This document shows, piece by piece, positions 1 to 11,654 of a stretch of 64,000 bases of DNA; the stretch's first letter is position 1, and every line of letters starts with the position of its first letter. The DNA is from Candidatus Latescibacterota bacterium (GTDB lineage: Bacteria > Latescibacterota > UBA2968 > UBA8231). Below the pieces are notes generated by a model. It was given only the letters and a program-made list of their open reading frames with translations. It searched no databases and had not been told where the DNA came from. The stretch covers positions 64,001-128,000 of the forward strand of contig CBDCXV010000010.1 in the NCBI GenBank assembly GCA_965223905.1, read 5' to 3'. Made by a program: the position numbers and the translations under genes.

Positions 1-265
1 CACCTTCTGGGATTCATGTACGCGGTTCGGGAAGGGAGGGAGAAACACCTTGTCGGTCCACGAGGTTGACAAACAGGTTGAAAGCGGAGAGATTGTGAAT
101 ACCCTGATCCGTAAATTTCCAGAGTCCAGGGATTGGATCAGGGAATCTCTGATTTAGCAAGAGATTGATGTGGAGAAGCGAGCCTCCGCTTCTCTGTGCA
201 CTTTCATATATAATTCCCTTCGGTAAATATCGTGATTGCCTACCTCAATTGCCTTGCCGGTTCCG

Positions 266-803
266 TCATCCCTCACCTGGAACGTCTGAGACCTCGAGGT
301 CGGCCAGCTCGGAGATGCGCAGCAGGCCGTCGGACATCACCGCGATGATCGCCGCATCGCGCAGCCCGAAAAGAGAGCCGTCGCCGGCGGCGATGGCCGC
401 CGCTGCGTCTGCCTGCGAGAAGTTCACGCCCTGGGCTTGGCCCCGCCCGCGGCCGCGGCCCTTGCGCCGGATACCGGCCAGCACGCGATCGGTGGCCGGC
501 CCGGTCGGAGAAGGCTCCCCGTTCAGCTTGGCGCGGAACCGGATCGCGGCCACGATCTGGGCACAGGTGGCCGGCGCCGGGGATTTCTCCTCGTCGTCGA
601 ACAGGCCGGCGAGATAGTTGGCCACCACTTCATCGGTGACCACCGGCCACCCGGCAACCGCCTCGTCGAACTTCTTCAGCGCGTGTCGGTAGGCCCGCTT
701 CGTGTTGGGCGCGATGCTGGCGTCGACGAGCTGGCGGACCTGCCCGGAGACCGGAAGCGAGGGCGTCGGCTCGACGGGGACCGGGGGCGGTGTTGGTATC
801 CAT
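266..803 (-). pseudogene. Truncated, frameshifted tyrosine recombinase (Cre/Xer-like N-terminal half)
   Basis: The frame upstream of ORF 266..643 reads SIAPNTKRAY, and the ORF contains LRDAAIIAVMSDGLLRISEL (catalytic Arg box I). It stops before the H-x-x-R and Tyr motifs, and the ATG at 803 is out of frame. Confidence 0.75.
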
Positions 804-1058
804 GGGGGTGCCTTTGGCTTTGCGATAAGCCGGGATTATCGAAAGTGGCCAGGGCCTTGTCAACCGTATGGGCTTCCCCGAAATTGGGTGAAACCTTCAA
901 AGCAGAAAATGGCAAAGTCAGGAGGAACCAAAGGCGGAAGCCAGCAAAGCGGCAGTAAGGGAGGGAGCCGGGGGAATGTTCCCAATTTGCCCTCCACGAC
1001 CGGTAATAAAATCGGGTGGGAATCGAGGCAATAACCCGACGAAGGGGGGGAAACGGTA

Positions 1059-1281
1059 ATGTCCAAGTACCCCCAGCCGCGCGGGGAACGCGGGGAGCCT
1101 CCGGTGGATCCAGGAGTTCGTGAACGACCGTCCCGGGGTTCTGGATTCAGCCATCGTTTCGGCTTCGGGACAGAGAATCCAGGGGCCGATCAAATGGCTT
1201 TCTCCGCTTGCCGACGATGACTACGCCGCGTATCGCGACGAGGCGTTTCTCGAGAAACTCGGCATCGAGCTCTCGAGGTGA
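1059..1281 (+). pseudogene. Remnant of a conserved hypothetical protein (GSLRWIQ...WLSPLADDDYAAYRD)
   Basis: Protein-like reading across a frameshift that ends after ~70 codons; the family was recognised only loosely from memory. Confidence 0.35.
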
Positions 1282-1310
1282 ATCTTCAAAAAACAGGGAG
1301 GTGATTTCAA

Positions 1311-1454
1311 ATGCGAGGACCCGACGAGCACAGCCCGCAGGAAGAGCAGGATTTATGGTCGGACGTCAACAACCCGAACAACGACGCCGACATGGATGAC
1401 TGGGCGGACGCCCATAATCCCAACAACGAAGACTACATTGATTCCGCGTCGTGA
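1311..1454 (+). CDS. 47-aa acidic micro-protein with two NPNN repeats
   Basis: SD GGGAGGTG precedes the ATG; translation MRGPDEHSPQEEQDLWSDVNNPNNDADMDDWADAHNPNNEDYIDSAS. Confidence 0.55.
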   Translation: MRGPDEHSPQEEQDLWSDVNNPNNDADMDDWADAHNPNNEDYIDSAS

Positions 1455-2579
1455 ACCTGTTCCTCGTGTGGATGCGTAGACCCTGCCGTACACACACCGA
1501 AGGGGGGTGGCTGTGTGCAGCCCCCCCTAAAGGAGAAGACCGATGATAGACCCAGAAATTGCCACTTCGATTGTCATCAATTCCGAACAAAACTTGTCGG
1601 AAAAAAGCATAGATGAAATTGCCATCCGCCAGGCTTCGGGATCAGGCAAGATCGCAACTTTATTCGTTTCAAGACCCGAAGGATGGCAATAAAGCGAAAC
1701 CTACCTGTCCATCCTAGGCAGACCTCAAAGCCTTGAAGGAATGGGTTGAAATCCGACAGATTGAAGTGACCCTACTTACCGTACCAAAACTCATCGAGGA
1801 GCTTGCGGAGCTTTTCGCTCGTCTCGGTAAAGACGTTCCCATTGAGGGAAGCGTCAGGCTGGGGACTCCGCGTTCTGCGGAATAGGTCTTCCTGCCAGCC
1901 CTCCCGCAGTCGGTTGCGGGGGCGCTGTTCGTTTGGGAAATCGGTTTCCATTCACACCCCACAGGGATTAAAACCAAAATTTAAGGCCGTTCCAAGTCTC
2001 CTACTCTCATCGGGATTTTCTGAAACCATGAGAAACGAAAAAAAACAACCGCTCGACTCACTGAGATAAAGGGACAGCCTATCCAAGCGCATACAGGCCC
2101 GCCTTAACGAAGCCGCCGCCGCATTATTGAGCCGGTAGCACCCTTCACACACACATTAGGACGAGGAGAAAGAAATGGCTAACCGAGAGAAAAACCACAC
2201 AGCTATCGGGAAACTCGTCGAGGACTACAAATCGGCACAACAACGGGTACTTGAATTGAAAAATAAAACGACGGAGGTTGCTGAGGAATTGTCCGAATCG
2301 CTCAGGGATTAAAGCGGGGAGTTACCGATAAGCGTATCCGGGGACGACGCCATAATAGTCAAGATTCCCGACCAGCCTTTATCCCGAATAACTTCCTATC
2401 CCTCACAGGAAGAACTGGTCCAGTTGATTCGTGAGAAGGCCGAGGCCCTTAAGACTCTCGAGGGCTTGCGTACAGAGTGGGACAAGGTAAAGCCGCCGGA
2501 ACTGTAAAACCGTTCGCATCGGGGCGTGTCCCGGATATGTGCGGGTGGGAGTGGACCTGAACGACGAAAGAGGGAAGAA

Positions 2580-5476
2580 TTGCCCCGAACCAACGAAATC
2601 GCTTTCAACGTCAAGCTGTACGAGGTGCTTCTGACCAAGCATCCGCGCTGGCGCGATCTTGCCGGCGTGGAAGCAACAGGACATCTCCGCGGAAGGGCAG
2701 GGCAGCGTCCCGACTTAATCATCCGGACCCCGGGCGGGGTCCCGGTCGTTCTGGAGACGGAGTTTGTGCCGGCGCGCGGCGTCGAAATCGATGCTCAAGC
2801 TCGCCTGGGGCAAATCCTGCAAGCTACCGGCGACCCGATTGAACAGACCATCGCCGTCCAGATCCCGCCGAAGCTGCGCGAAGGTCAGAAGAACCTGGCA
2901 CAACGGATCGAGGATGCGAGTTTCCGCTTACTGCACCTACTCGGGTCCTGCAGCGGACGCGGCGGTCCGCTGGCCGGCCAAAGGCTGGCTGACCGGGAGC
3001 CCCGACGACCTGGCCGCCTGCATTGAAAACGTCTCCCTGTCCGAACGGCTGCTCGTCGAAGGCGCGAACATCCTGGAGGAAAGCATCGGCGCGGCCGCCG
3101 GAAAGCTGCGCGAATCGGCCGGTCCCCAAGTACTGGCGACGATGGCCGGGGAGCTGCACCAGGAGGACGGCGAGCAGACCTCGCGCATGGCCTGCGCCAT
3201 CATCGCCAACGCCTTGGTCTTTCACACCGCCATCGTCGATCCGCACGGCATCGAGACCATCGACGAGCTGCGCACGCAGCGCGGCCACCTCAGCAAGACC
3301 CGACTGCTGGCCTGCTGGAAGCGGATCCTCGAGATCAACTACTACCCGATCTTCCATATCGCTTCCGAGCTGCTCAAGCCCATTGCCAACGGCGCGGCAA
3401 ACGCGGTCCTCAACCGGCTTGCCGAGGCGGCCCACGCCTTGGCGGGTCTGGGCGCTACCACTCTGCACGACCTCTCCGGACGCATGTTTCAGCGGCTGAT
3501 CGCCGATCGGAAGTTCCTCGCCACGTTCTACACCCTGCCGACGTCGGCGGCCCTGCTGGCCGAATTGGCGGTTTCCCGTCTGGACGAGCGGACAGACTGG
3601 TCCGACCCGGACGCGCTCACCCGCCTCCGGATTGCCGACTTGGCCTGCGGCACCGGGGCCCTGCTCTCGGCCGCATACCGCGCCCTGGCGGCCCGCTATC
3701 GACGGACCGGCGGGGACGACCAGGAGCTGCACGCGGCGATGATGGAACAGACCCTCATCGCCGCCGATCATGCCGGCCGCGGCGCACCTTACCGCGTCCA
3801 TGCTGTCGAGCGCCCATCCGGGCACGACCTTTCTCGGTACCCGCGTTCACACCTTGCCTTATGGACAGCAGACCCAGGAAAAACGGCATACCATGGCCCT
3901 GGGCGCTCTCGACCTGATAGAGGTAGACGCGGCACCCTCTCTGTTTGGTACCGGCGTCCAGGTGGCGCACGGCGCCGGGGCGGACCGGAAAGGCAAGGGG
4001 AGCCTTGATATGACTCTGCCGTATGAAACAGCCGACCTGGTGATCATGAATCCCCCGTTCACGAGACCGACCAACCACGAAATTGCCGAGGTTCCCGTCC
4101 CGTCGTTTGCCGGGTTCCAGACCAGTGAAGATGAGCAAGAGAAAATGAGCCGCCGGTTGAAGGGGATCTGCGCCAAACTCAAGGCCGGGGGATCCCTGGC
4201 CGGCCACGGCAACGCCGGGCTGGCATCCAATTTCATCGATCTGGCCCACACCAAGGTCAAGCCGGGCGGCGTTGTGGCCCTGGTGTTGCCCGCCGCCGTG
4301 GTGAGCGGCGGTTCCTGGGAGGACGCTCGCAACCTGCTGGAAATTGAGTACGAGGACCTCACCGTATTGACGATCGCGACGCACGGCCAGACGGATCGGT
4401 CCTTTTCGGCCGACACCGGGATGGCCGAAGCCCTGGTAGTGGCCAGCAAGCGCCAACCGGGCAAACAGGGAAAGGGAGAAACCGCGCTGTTCGTCAATCT
4501 CTACCACCGGCCCCACAGCTTCGCGGAAGCCTTTGAGATGGCCCGGGCGGTACGGAAACTCGGGAAAAGGAATCGACAGGGACGGCTCAGCGTCGGGAAT
4601 CAGTCTATCGGAACGTACATCCGCGCCCCTCTGAATCAGGGGGGCTGCGCCTCTCTACGCGAAACCACCTTGGCGGCCGCCGCCATCGGATTGACGGAAG
4701 GAACGCTTTGGTTGCCCCAACGAGGTTACTCTGGGCAGTGTCCCACGACCCCCCTCGAGGAGCTGGGTCAGAGAGGTTTGGTCCATCGCGATATCTCCGG
4801 ATGGGACAGTAATGGAGATCCCCGAGGGCCGTTTGAGATCGTGTCCATTCAGGGGATACCGGAGTATCCGGCGTTATGGAACCACGACGCCGAGCGTGAA
4901 CGGGGCCTTGTCGTTCAGCCCGACAGCGAAGGCGAGGTGCGCCCCGGCTGCAAAGATCAAGCTGTTGAAGTGTGGGATGGGGCCTCGCGGCTGCACTTCA
5001 ATCTCGATTTCCGGATCAACTCCCAAAGCCTCGCCGCCTGTCTCACGCCGACCAAAACGATCGGGGGGCGGGCCTGGCCCAACTTCGTCCTTGAGCAGGA
5101 GGAATGGACGCTGCCCCTGGTCCTGTGGTCCAATACGACCTTGGGAATGTTTGCCTTCTGGTGGATTGGGGTGCGCCAGCAACAGGGCAGGGCGGTGCTC
5201 ACGATCACCCGGCTGCCCGCCCTGACGGTCCTGGATCCCCGCGCGCTTCGTCCGGAGCAACTCGCCACGGCCGAGGAGCTCTTCGAGCGGTTCAAAGGGG
5301 AGGAGTTCCTGCCGGCCAACGAGGCGTACCGGGACGAGGTTCGCCAAGCCCTCGACCGGGCCGTCCTGGTGGAGCTGCTTGAGCTGTCCGAAGACGTTCT
5401 CGGGCCGCTCGAAGTGTTGCGCAACCAGTGGTGCGCCGAGCCGAGCGTCCACGGGGGTAAGGGAACGCGGATTTGA
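2580..5476 (+). pseudogene. Type IIG-like fused restriction endonuclease / N6-adenine methyltransferase, two frameshifts
   Basis: N-terminal PD...ETE nuclease-like motif (RPDLII...VLETEF), MTase motif I IADLACGTG and motif IV IMNPPF. Split across ORFs 2526-3026, 2764-4008 and 3770-5476 by indels near 2928 and 3768. Confidence 0.8.
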
Positions 5477-5528
5477 GCCTGAAAAAGGGGAGGCCAAATG
5501 ACATTCAGCTGGAAAACCGGCTCATGCC

Positions 5529-5948
5529 GTGCAGACCGCCATCGGCCAGACGCTGCGAGCGGCGGCGCTGCAGGCGGAAGCAGGCCGCGAATCGGGCCGC
5601 GGGCGAAATCTCGCTGTCGAGTTGTTGCAGAAGCGAAAAGCCAGTGCCCGCGGCGAGGACCTCGGCCTTTCGGAAGACGAGCTGGCTTTCTACGACGCGC
5701 TCGGCGTCAACGAAAGCGCGGTGCAAGTACTCGGGGACGAGACCCTGCGCACCATCGCCCGCGAACTGGTCGTAACCGTTCAGAACAATGTGACCATCGA
5801 CTGGACGCTCCGCGAGAACGTGCGCGCCAATATGCGCCGGCTAGTGAGGCGAATCTTGCGGAAGCACGACTACCCGCCCGACAAGCAAAAAAAGGCGGTC
5901 CAAACCGTATTGGAACAGGCCGAGGTGCTGTCCGCGGATTGGACCTAA
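5529..5948 (+). pseudogene. hsdR: C-terminal fragment of type I restriction subunit HsdR (DUF3387-like)
   Basis: [18 protein letters not shown]...[32 protein letters not shown] is the typical HsdR tail; the helicase core is absent. Confidence 0.85.
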
Positions 5949-6123
5949 GTGGTGGTGCATGAGCCGTAATTCCCTGGAAATCTGAAGCAAGGCAATCTGG
6001 TCCCGCACCTTCGGGTTTTTTGCGTCCAGTGTGTAATAGAACCTTCGTCGTCACCGACATCATTTTCCTGCAAGAAAGGGTACGGCCCCGAGGTCGCCGC
6101 GCCGGCGTTCCGCGGCTATATAC

Positions 6124-7567
6124 GGGTTTTTCAACGTGGTATTTATAGCGTTTCCCCAATGAGATTTTTAGGGTTTCATACTGTACGGAATCGGGTCGGG
6201 ATCTGCGCAGGGATATCGAGGTCTCCGACGCACAGGTAAATCAGGTCGGCAAAGGCATCCAGAGTTTTAAATCCACTGGCTCGATTCTTGACCATGCGGA
6301 TAATGCGATTGAGCCCTTCGGCGGCGGCGTTGGTCAGGTGCGTGTCGACGAAGGCGGTGATGCCGGCCGCCTGCTTGCGCACCGTGTTGACGAACTTGCG
6401 CAGGGGCTGCAGGCGGCTGCGCAGGGCCGCCGTCGTCCACTTCTTGAGGAAGCGTTCGGCGGCCCAGCGCGCCTTGTAGCGCCAGAAGTGCTCGAACTCG
6501 TCCTTCAGGCGCCAGGCGCGGTAGATGCGGCGGTTGGCCTTCTCCAGGGTTTGGAGCGTGCGCCGGTCCTTTGGCGAGCGCCGGGCGGAGTGATGCAGCA
6601 GCACCCAGCGCAGGCCCTTGAGCAGCTTGCGGTCCTCGCCGCAGGCTTGCCGCCACTGCTCCTTGCGCACCTCGTCGACGGCTTCGTTGAGGGCCTTGAC
6701 GACGTGGAATCGGTCCAGGACCAACTCGGCGTTGGGACCATGCTGCCGGATGGCGCCGATGAAGGTCTCGCTCAGGTCGCAGCAGGCCCAGCGGATGCGG
6801 TCCTTCCGGAAGGCGCTGAGATGGTCCCGGAAAAACGCGTCGATGGTCTTCCGTGCCTTGCCCTTGCCGATCCAGACGACACGGGAACGTTCCAGGTCGT
6901 AGACCAGGGTAGCGTATTTATGGCCCTTGGCGTAGGAGATCTCGTCGATGCCGAGGGTCTTCAGCCGGCGGATGCGGTGCCCCGTACGCCGGCGCTCGAT
7001 GAGCCGGTGCAGCTGGTCGGACAGGGTCGACGGGGCCAGACCCAGCAGGCGCGCGGCGGCGGCCTGCGTCATCCACTGGCAGTACCTCAGCAGCAGGTAT
7101 TCGAAGCGGTAGCTGACCTGGGCCGAGCGCGCCGCCCAGGGCACCTCCTCGACGCGACGGCCGTGGGTCGGGCAGCGGATCTCCCGAGGGGCGTGGTGCA
7201 ACCAGAGGGTACGGCCGCAAACGCGGACGTCGCGCCAGCGGCGGAACTCCATGACCTGTACGATCTTGCCGCGGCGCCCACACTCGGGACACCGGCACCC
7301 GTTCCTTTGGGGCTTCACCGCGACCACGACGGCCGCTTCTTCCCCGTGTCCTTCGAACCACACGCCCACCGCGCGAAATCCCTTGAATTGGAACAGCTTG
7401 GAGACGAACTTCATAGCGGTCATAGGTCGCCTTCCCTTCCCTTTCTTGGGGAGTGCTTGATGGGGATACACCAAGCATAGGGAACGACCTATGGCCTTGT
7501 CATGTACTCAGATGGACAGCAAGGGCTCAGGTACTTTCCGTACTTACGTTTCGGCGTTGAAAAACCC
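6124..7567 (-). mobile_element. ISL3-family insertion sequence
   Basis: 13-bp terminal inverted repeats GGGTTTTTCAACG (6124-6136) and CGTTGAAAAACCC (7555-7567) enclose the transposase; no exact target duplication seen. Confidence 0.85.
6176..7423 (-). CDS. ISL3 family transposase
   Basis: CRCPECG zinc finger, LGIDEISYAKGHKY, LDRFHVVK and TNAAAEGLNRII motifs. Confidence 0.93.
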   Translation of the reverse strand: MTAMKFVSKLFQFKGFRAVGVWFEGHGEEAAVVVAVKPQRNGCRCPECGRRGKIVQVMEFRRWRDVRVCGRTLWLHHAPREIRCPTHGRRVEEVPWAARSAQVSYRFEYLLLRYCQWMTQAAAARLLGLAPSTLSDQLHRLIERRRTGHRIRRLKTLGIDEISYAKGHKYATLVYDLERSRVVWIGKGKARKTIDAFFRDHLSAFRKDRIRWACCDLSETFIGAIRQHGPNAELVLDRFHVVKALNEAVDEVRKEQWRQACGEDRKLLKGLRWVLLHHSARRSPKDRRTLQTLEKANRRIYRAWRLKDEFEHFWRYKARWAAERFLKKWTTAALRSRLQPLRKFVNTVRKQAAGITAFVDTHLTNAAAEGLNRIIRMVKNRASGFKTLDAFADLIYLCVGDLDIPAQIPTRFRTV

Positions 7568-7691
7568 GGATAGACCCCGTTCCGCGAGATCGTCGACGTC
7601 GACGGGGTACCGGTAAACGAGTACTACGCCGAGCGTCCGTCCATGATGCTAGGCAACCCCACGTCTCGGCCTGAGAGGAAGGAGACCTCAT

Positions 7692-8309
7692 TTGAAAGCG
7701 TGCTTCCCGGTGTTCATCATCATTGTCCTGTTCTGGCCGAAGTTCAGTATATCCGGGAAGGAGGACATTTCGGTCGTAGAGGCCATGGTGGACGATATGT
7801 CCGAAAAAAACTATGTCTGGAGCGACACTACCGACGCGGATGTAAGAGCAGAGCTGACTATTACGACCCGGCGAAGGACCGCCGCGGGGTCGGACGGGAG
7901 AGACGGGAGAGCGGATTGTTGCGTCGATATGACTCCTGAAATGATTGCCATTGTTAGTGTAGGGGTTGTTGCGCTGCTAGCCCTGGTGTTTTTGCTGTGG
8001 CACCTGAGCAGACGCATCGACAGGCTTTTGGACGGCATGAAGAGCAACAAGCTCGAAGTCGTCAAAGAAGGCTTACGGCACGCGCAGAAGGCTCAGGAGA
8101 AGGCCAGTGAGATCCAGGCACCCTCTGACGACTGCGGCGAACCGTCAGTGGACGTTTTCGCCGCCCACGCCATGCAGGGCCTGCTCAGCCACGGGGTAAT
8201 CCCCTACGAAAAGGTGGCTGAACTGTCCTACAACATCGCCATCATCATGAGAGCCGAGGGGAAAATCCGCAAGGGAGCATCAGGGGATGAAATAAATGGA
8301 TTTGGTTGA
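7692..8309 (+). CDS. Hypothetical membrane protein (start uncertain)
   Basis: ORF with a hydrophobic segment IAIVSVGVVALLALVFLLW and a C-terminal DVFAAHAMQGLLS motif of a kind seen in phage proteins. Confidence 0.45.
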   Translation: MKACFPVFIIIVLFWPKFSISGKEDISVVEAMVDDMSEKNYVWSDTTDADVRAELTITTRRRTAAGSDGRDGRADCCVDMTPEMIAIVSVGVVALLALVFLLWHLSRRIDRLLDGMKSNKLEVVKEGLRHAQKAQEKASEIQAPSDDCGEPSVDVFAAHAMQGLLSHGVIPYEKVAELSYNIAIIMRAEGKIRKGASGDEINGFG

Positions 8310-8324
8310 CGAGCGGGGAATCTT

Positions 8325-9659
8325 TTAGGACCTGACCGTCGGGAAAAGCCCGCCTTCCAGTAACGCAGTGACAATTTTCTGGTTGTCTTCTACATGCTCA
8401 TTGTGATCCGCCTCCTGCACTGGATCCCATCCGGAATGCCAGTCCTCCACACCTGGATCGGCTCCAGTCTTCAAAAGCAACTCGACGACTAGTAGAGTGT
8501 CTTCGACCGGTGACGTGGAAGCGGCCGCATAGTGCAGGGGAGTCTTCCCCCATTCGTCCTGTGCATTGGGATCAGCTCCCCCGTTCAGAAGCGCAGCAAC
8601 GACAGCCAGGTCGGTTCTTTCCTGTACTGCAGCGTGCAGCAAAGATCCGTCGGAGCGGAAATAGGAATTTGGATTGGCCCCGGCATTCAGAAGCACCGTG
8701 ATGGCAGCCAGGTTTTTTCTGCTTACCGCAAGAGACAGAGGAGTTTCGCCGGAGCCCCGCGCATCTGGATCGGCTCCCGCGGCCAAGAGGGTCATGAGGA
8801 CGGGAAGGGCTACGTTGGCCGAATCGACCGCTATCTGTAGGGAAGTTTTCCCCGAACGGTAGTTTTCATCCGGATCGGCTCCCGCTTTCAGGAGCGCGTC
8901 GATGGCAGCCAAGTCGTTTTCGTAGACCACCTGATGCAGGGGAGGGGCATCCCCCGGGCACAGATGACCGTATACCAGCGCTATCGCCTGTTCATGGGTC
9001 CTTCCGGATCGTTCCCGAAGCTGTTCGTACAACTCCACCGCCTGTCTCGCTTCCTTCCTCGCGTCATTCCTTCTCCGGCTCCGCGCCCGTTCGTCCAGCG
9101 GGTCCCATTTTTGGTCCCGTTGCTGTTCCAACCACCGCACTTTCGCCCGGACCAGAACCTCGGCGAAACAATCCCGAAGGTTGTCGTCTGAGAGAAGACT
9201 GTCTCGGTCGTACGGGATCGGGTCCGCCCCCCCCTCCAGCAAGGCATCAACGATCTCCCAACCCCCATCGGCCCAACGGGCTGCCTCCAACGCCGACTCC
9301 AAAGGAGTCCACCTTTCTCCTGTAACTCCTCCATCATCCACTGTCGGGCTGCCCCCCTCAGTTGCGTCTTCGCTTCCTTCTCCGTCTGGCTCGTCGGTGC
9401 CGGCATCTTGCTCCCTCTGCTTTCTTATCTCCTCACGAGCGAAACGCCGAATCATGCGCCGCACCGGTTTAGGGTCCCACCCGGCCTGATCGACCAGGGC
9501 ATCGGCCATGAGGTTCACGAACTCGCCGAGGCTCGCCCCGGCTGCTTTGGTGTCCGCCCATGCCTGCTGGAAGTAGGGCAGGGCGTTGTTGTAGGCGTCC
9601 TCATCGAACGGGAGAGTGCCCGTAGTGAGTTGGCTCGGATCCGGCTTGGACGCAGCCAC
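8325..9659 (-). CDS. Ankyrin-repeat protein
   Basis: Repeated TPLH/TSLQ/TPLS...LLxAGADP(N/D)A ankyrin motifs in the C-terminal half. Confidence 0.85.
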   Translation of the reverse strand: MAASKPDPSQLTTGTLPFDEDAYNNALPYFQQAWADTKAAGASLGEFVNLMADALVDQAGWDPKPVRRMIRRFAREEIRKQREQDAGTDEPDGEGSEDATEGGSPTVDDGGVTGERWTPLESALEAARWADGGWEIVDALLEGGADPIPYDRDSLLSDDNLRDCFAEVLVRAKVRWLEQQRDQKWDPLDERARSRRRNDARKEARQAVELYEQLRERSGRTHEQAIALVYGHLCPGDAPPLHQVVYENDLAAIDALLKAGADPDENYRSGKTSLQIAVDSANVALPVLMTLLAAGADPDARGSGETPLSLAVSRKNLAAITVLLNAGANPNSYFRSDGSLLHAAVQERTDLAVVAALLNGGADPNAQDEWGKTPLHYAAASTSPVEDTLLVVELLLKTGADPGVEDWHSGWDPVQEADHNEHVEDNQKIVTALLEGGLFPTVRS

Positions 9660-10243
9660 GGCCCGGACTCCGGGAAAATGGGTGTCTCGATCGGATTATC
9701 GGGTATTTCTTCCTCCTGGCGGGACCGCTCAACCGTCCACACGGCCCCGGGAGGAGGGACGTGAAAAAGGCGGACGCACGCGGAGAAAGGACCGGAGAAC
9801 CGGCTTCGTTCAGCTTTTCAGCGGATTCAGCGGGTGATGCGAAAGAGGGGGTGCGAGAGCACAGCGCATGAGTCGTCCTCCTGAAGGATGAGAGGAAACC
9901 CGGCTGTTTTAGGGTTGCCGGGCCCTGTCACCATCATCAACGGAAACGACGTGGCTCCGCCTATTCGCCAAGCATCGGGGAGCTACCCCTATGCCGGGAA
10001 TTCCTGGCTGTTGTATTCAGCGAAAAACCCGGCACATCGGGTTTTCCGTTGATGAAGTGACACACCAATTCTAATCGGGTGGCTATTAGGATGCAAAGGT
10101 CCTGGATGGTGATGGCCCTCAGGGTTTGCCGAAAACCATCCTTGATGGACGTCATGGTTTCGTGCCCCAGGACCGATTCACGCCAGTGACTGTCGTCCCC
10201 CTGGTTTGGTGGCAGGCCAGCACCTGGGGGGAAGTACGAGATC

Positions 10244-11434
10244 CAGCCAACAGGGGTGATATGTTGGCCCCCTGGGGCGTCCCTGCCTCTACGTCGATCC
10301 GCCTGCCCTCTTCCAGGACCCCCGCGTTGAGCCACTTCCTGAGGTGGCGTACCACGCGTCGGTCCCGCACACGGTGCTCGACGAACCTCTCCAGCCATTC
10401 GTGGTCGATGGTGTCGAAGAACCCACGGATGTCCGCGTCGAGTGCCCAGTTCACTTTGCGGTGTCGAATCCCCACCGCCAACGCATCCAGCGCCCTGTGC
10501 GGGGCTGCGCCCCGGTCGAAAGCCATACGAGAATCCCAGGAAATCGACTTCGTAGAACCGCGTTGAGCACCTCCACGGTTGCCTTCTGGACGATCTTGTC
10601 CTCCAGCGCCGCAAGGCCCTGCGGTCTCCTGCCTCCGTCGGCTTTCGGGAGGTAGGTCCGGTTGACCGGTTTGGCTCGATACGCGCCGCGCTTGAGCCGG
10701 GCCGAAAGGTCTTCAAGTCTGCTTCCAACCCCTGCCCGTACTCGCTCCACGTCATGCGATCAACCCCCGGTGCGGCCTCCCGCTTGAGGCCGAGGTAGGA
10801 CCTCCCGGAGGCGGTCGACGGCGTAGACGTGGTGCCACAGCGTCGTGAACGGCAGCGCCCTGTCTCGAACCGCTGCTTGCCGTACGCGTTCGAGCGCCTG
10901 GTTGCAGGCCGGTCCGAATCTGCGCCCGGGACCTGGGGTGCTCGCGCGCGTTCGCCTTGGCCAGCCCCCTTCCCTCCCCCCGCTCCGCCGGCGGCGCAGC
11001 GGGCCGACCGCCCTTGTTCGCGGGGTTCCCTGGGTTGTATGGGGCGGTCCGACTTCCGGCGGTCGTGCGTCATCGGCGTATCCCACATGGGTTCCCGATG
11101 CGGACCCGGGGACCATCCCCCCGGGCCAACCGCCGGACCTCCCGGTTCCCGTACGAGGTGCCTGGGCGCATGCACCGGGTCTCTGACCGCGCCGGGTCCG
11201 GTGGACTGGCGATATCGCGCCCCCCGATGTGGCCCTCCCTCGTCTCCTAGCGGGTCGGCACCCGAAAGTTGTTCATTTCTTTCGCGGCTCAATACCGGAC
11301 CTACGCCTCCCCCTGCCAACGCTTCGCCTGCGCCGTTACCGGCGCACACGCATGACTCGAGGCTGTCGTGGTTCGCTACACCTTCAACACAGAGGACTTT
11401 CACCTCTTACACCTCGCCGGTGTGACCGGCGCAC
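10244..11434 (-). mobile_element. Group II intron (bacterial class E-like), 3'-truncated, with a frameshifted reverse-transcriptase remnant
   Basis: The minus strand begins GTGCGCC at 11434 with domain-I-like sequence (GTGAAAGTCC...GCGAAGCGTTG). RT pieces: AAPGVD, EDKIVQ, FSYGFRPGRS, LDADIRGFFDTIDH, GTPQGANISPLLA. Similarity stops at ~10244; no YADD or domain V/VI. Confidence 0.88.
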
Positions 11435-11514
11435 AGGAGTCGAAGCATGGTCCGGATTTTTCTCCTGGAAAAACGCATCGACCGCCTTTTACCGGCGGGG
11501 GCGCCGAAAAACGC

Positions 11515-11615
11515 AACCTAGTGCACGTCAAGGACGACCAGACGAAAGCCGGCGTATTCGAAGGGGCGATCCCGTTCGATCTGCGCCAAACCCTGATGGA
11601 AGATTGGGAGACTTT
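11515..11615 (+). pseudogene. Degenerate 3' end of a P4-type integrase
   Basis: Translates LVHVKDDQTKA...PFDLRQTLMEDWETL versus LAHVNDDRTEA...LFDLRRKLMEDWEAY in the intact integrase (31176-32468). Confidence 0.7.
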
Positions 11616-11654
11616 AGGTTTCAAAAGGGATTTTTATGTTTCATATAATTCCAT

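Noticed and set aside
5949-5990. tRNA 3' end or att site (minus strand ...GCACCACCA)
   Set aside because: No T-loop GTTCGA, no cloverleaf and no matching copy at the island's right end.
10152-11403. Retron, DGR or CRISPR-associated reverse transcriptase
   Set aside because: The GTGCG 5' end, domain-I-like RNA and RT motifs indicate a group II intron; it is truncated before YADD and lies ~17 kb from the array.
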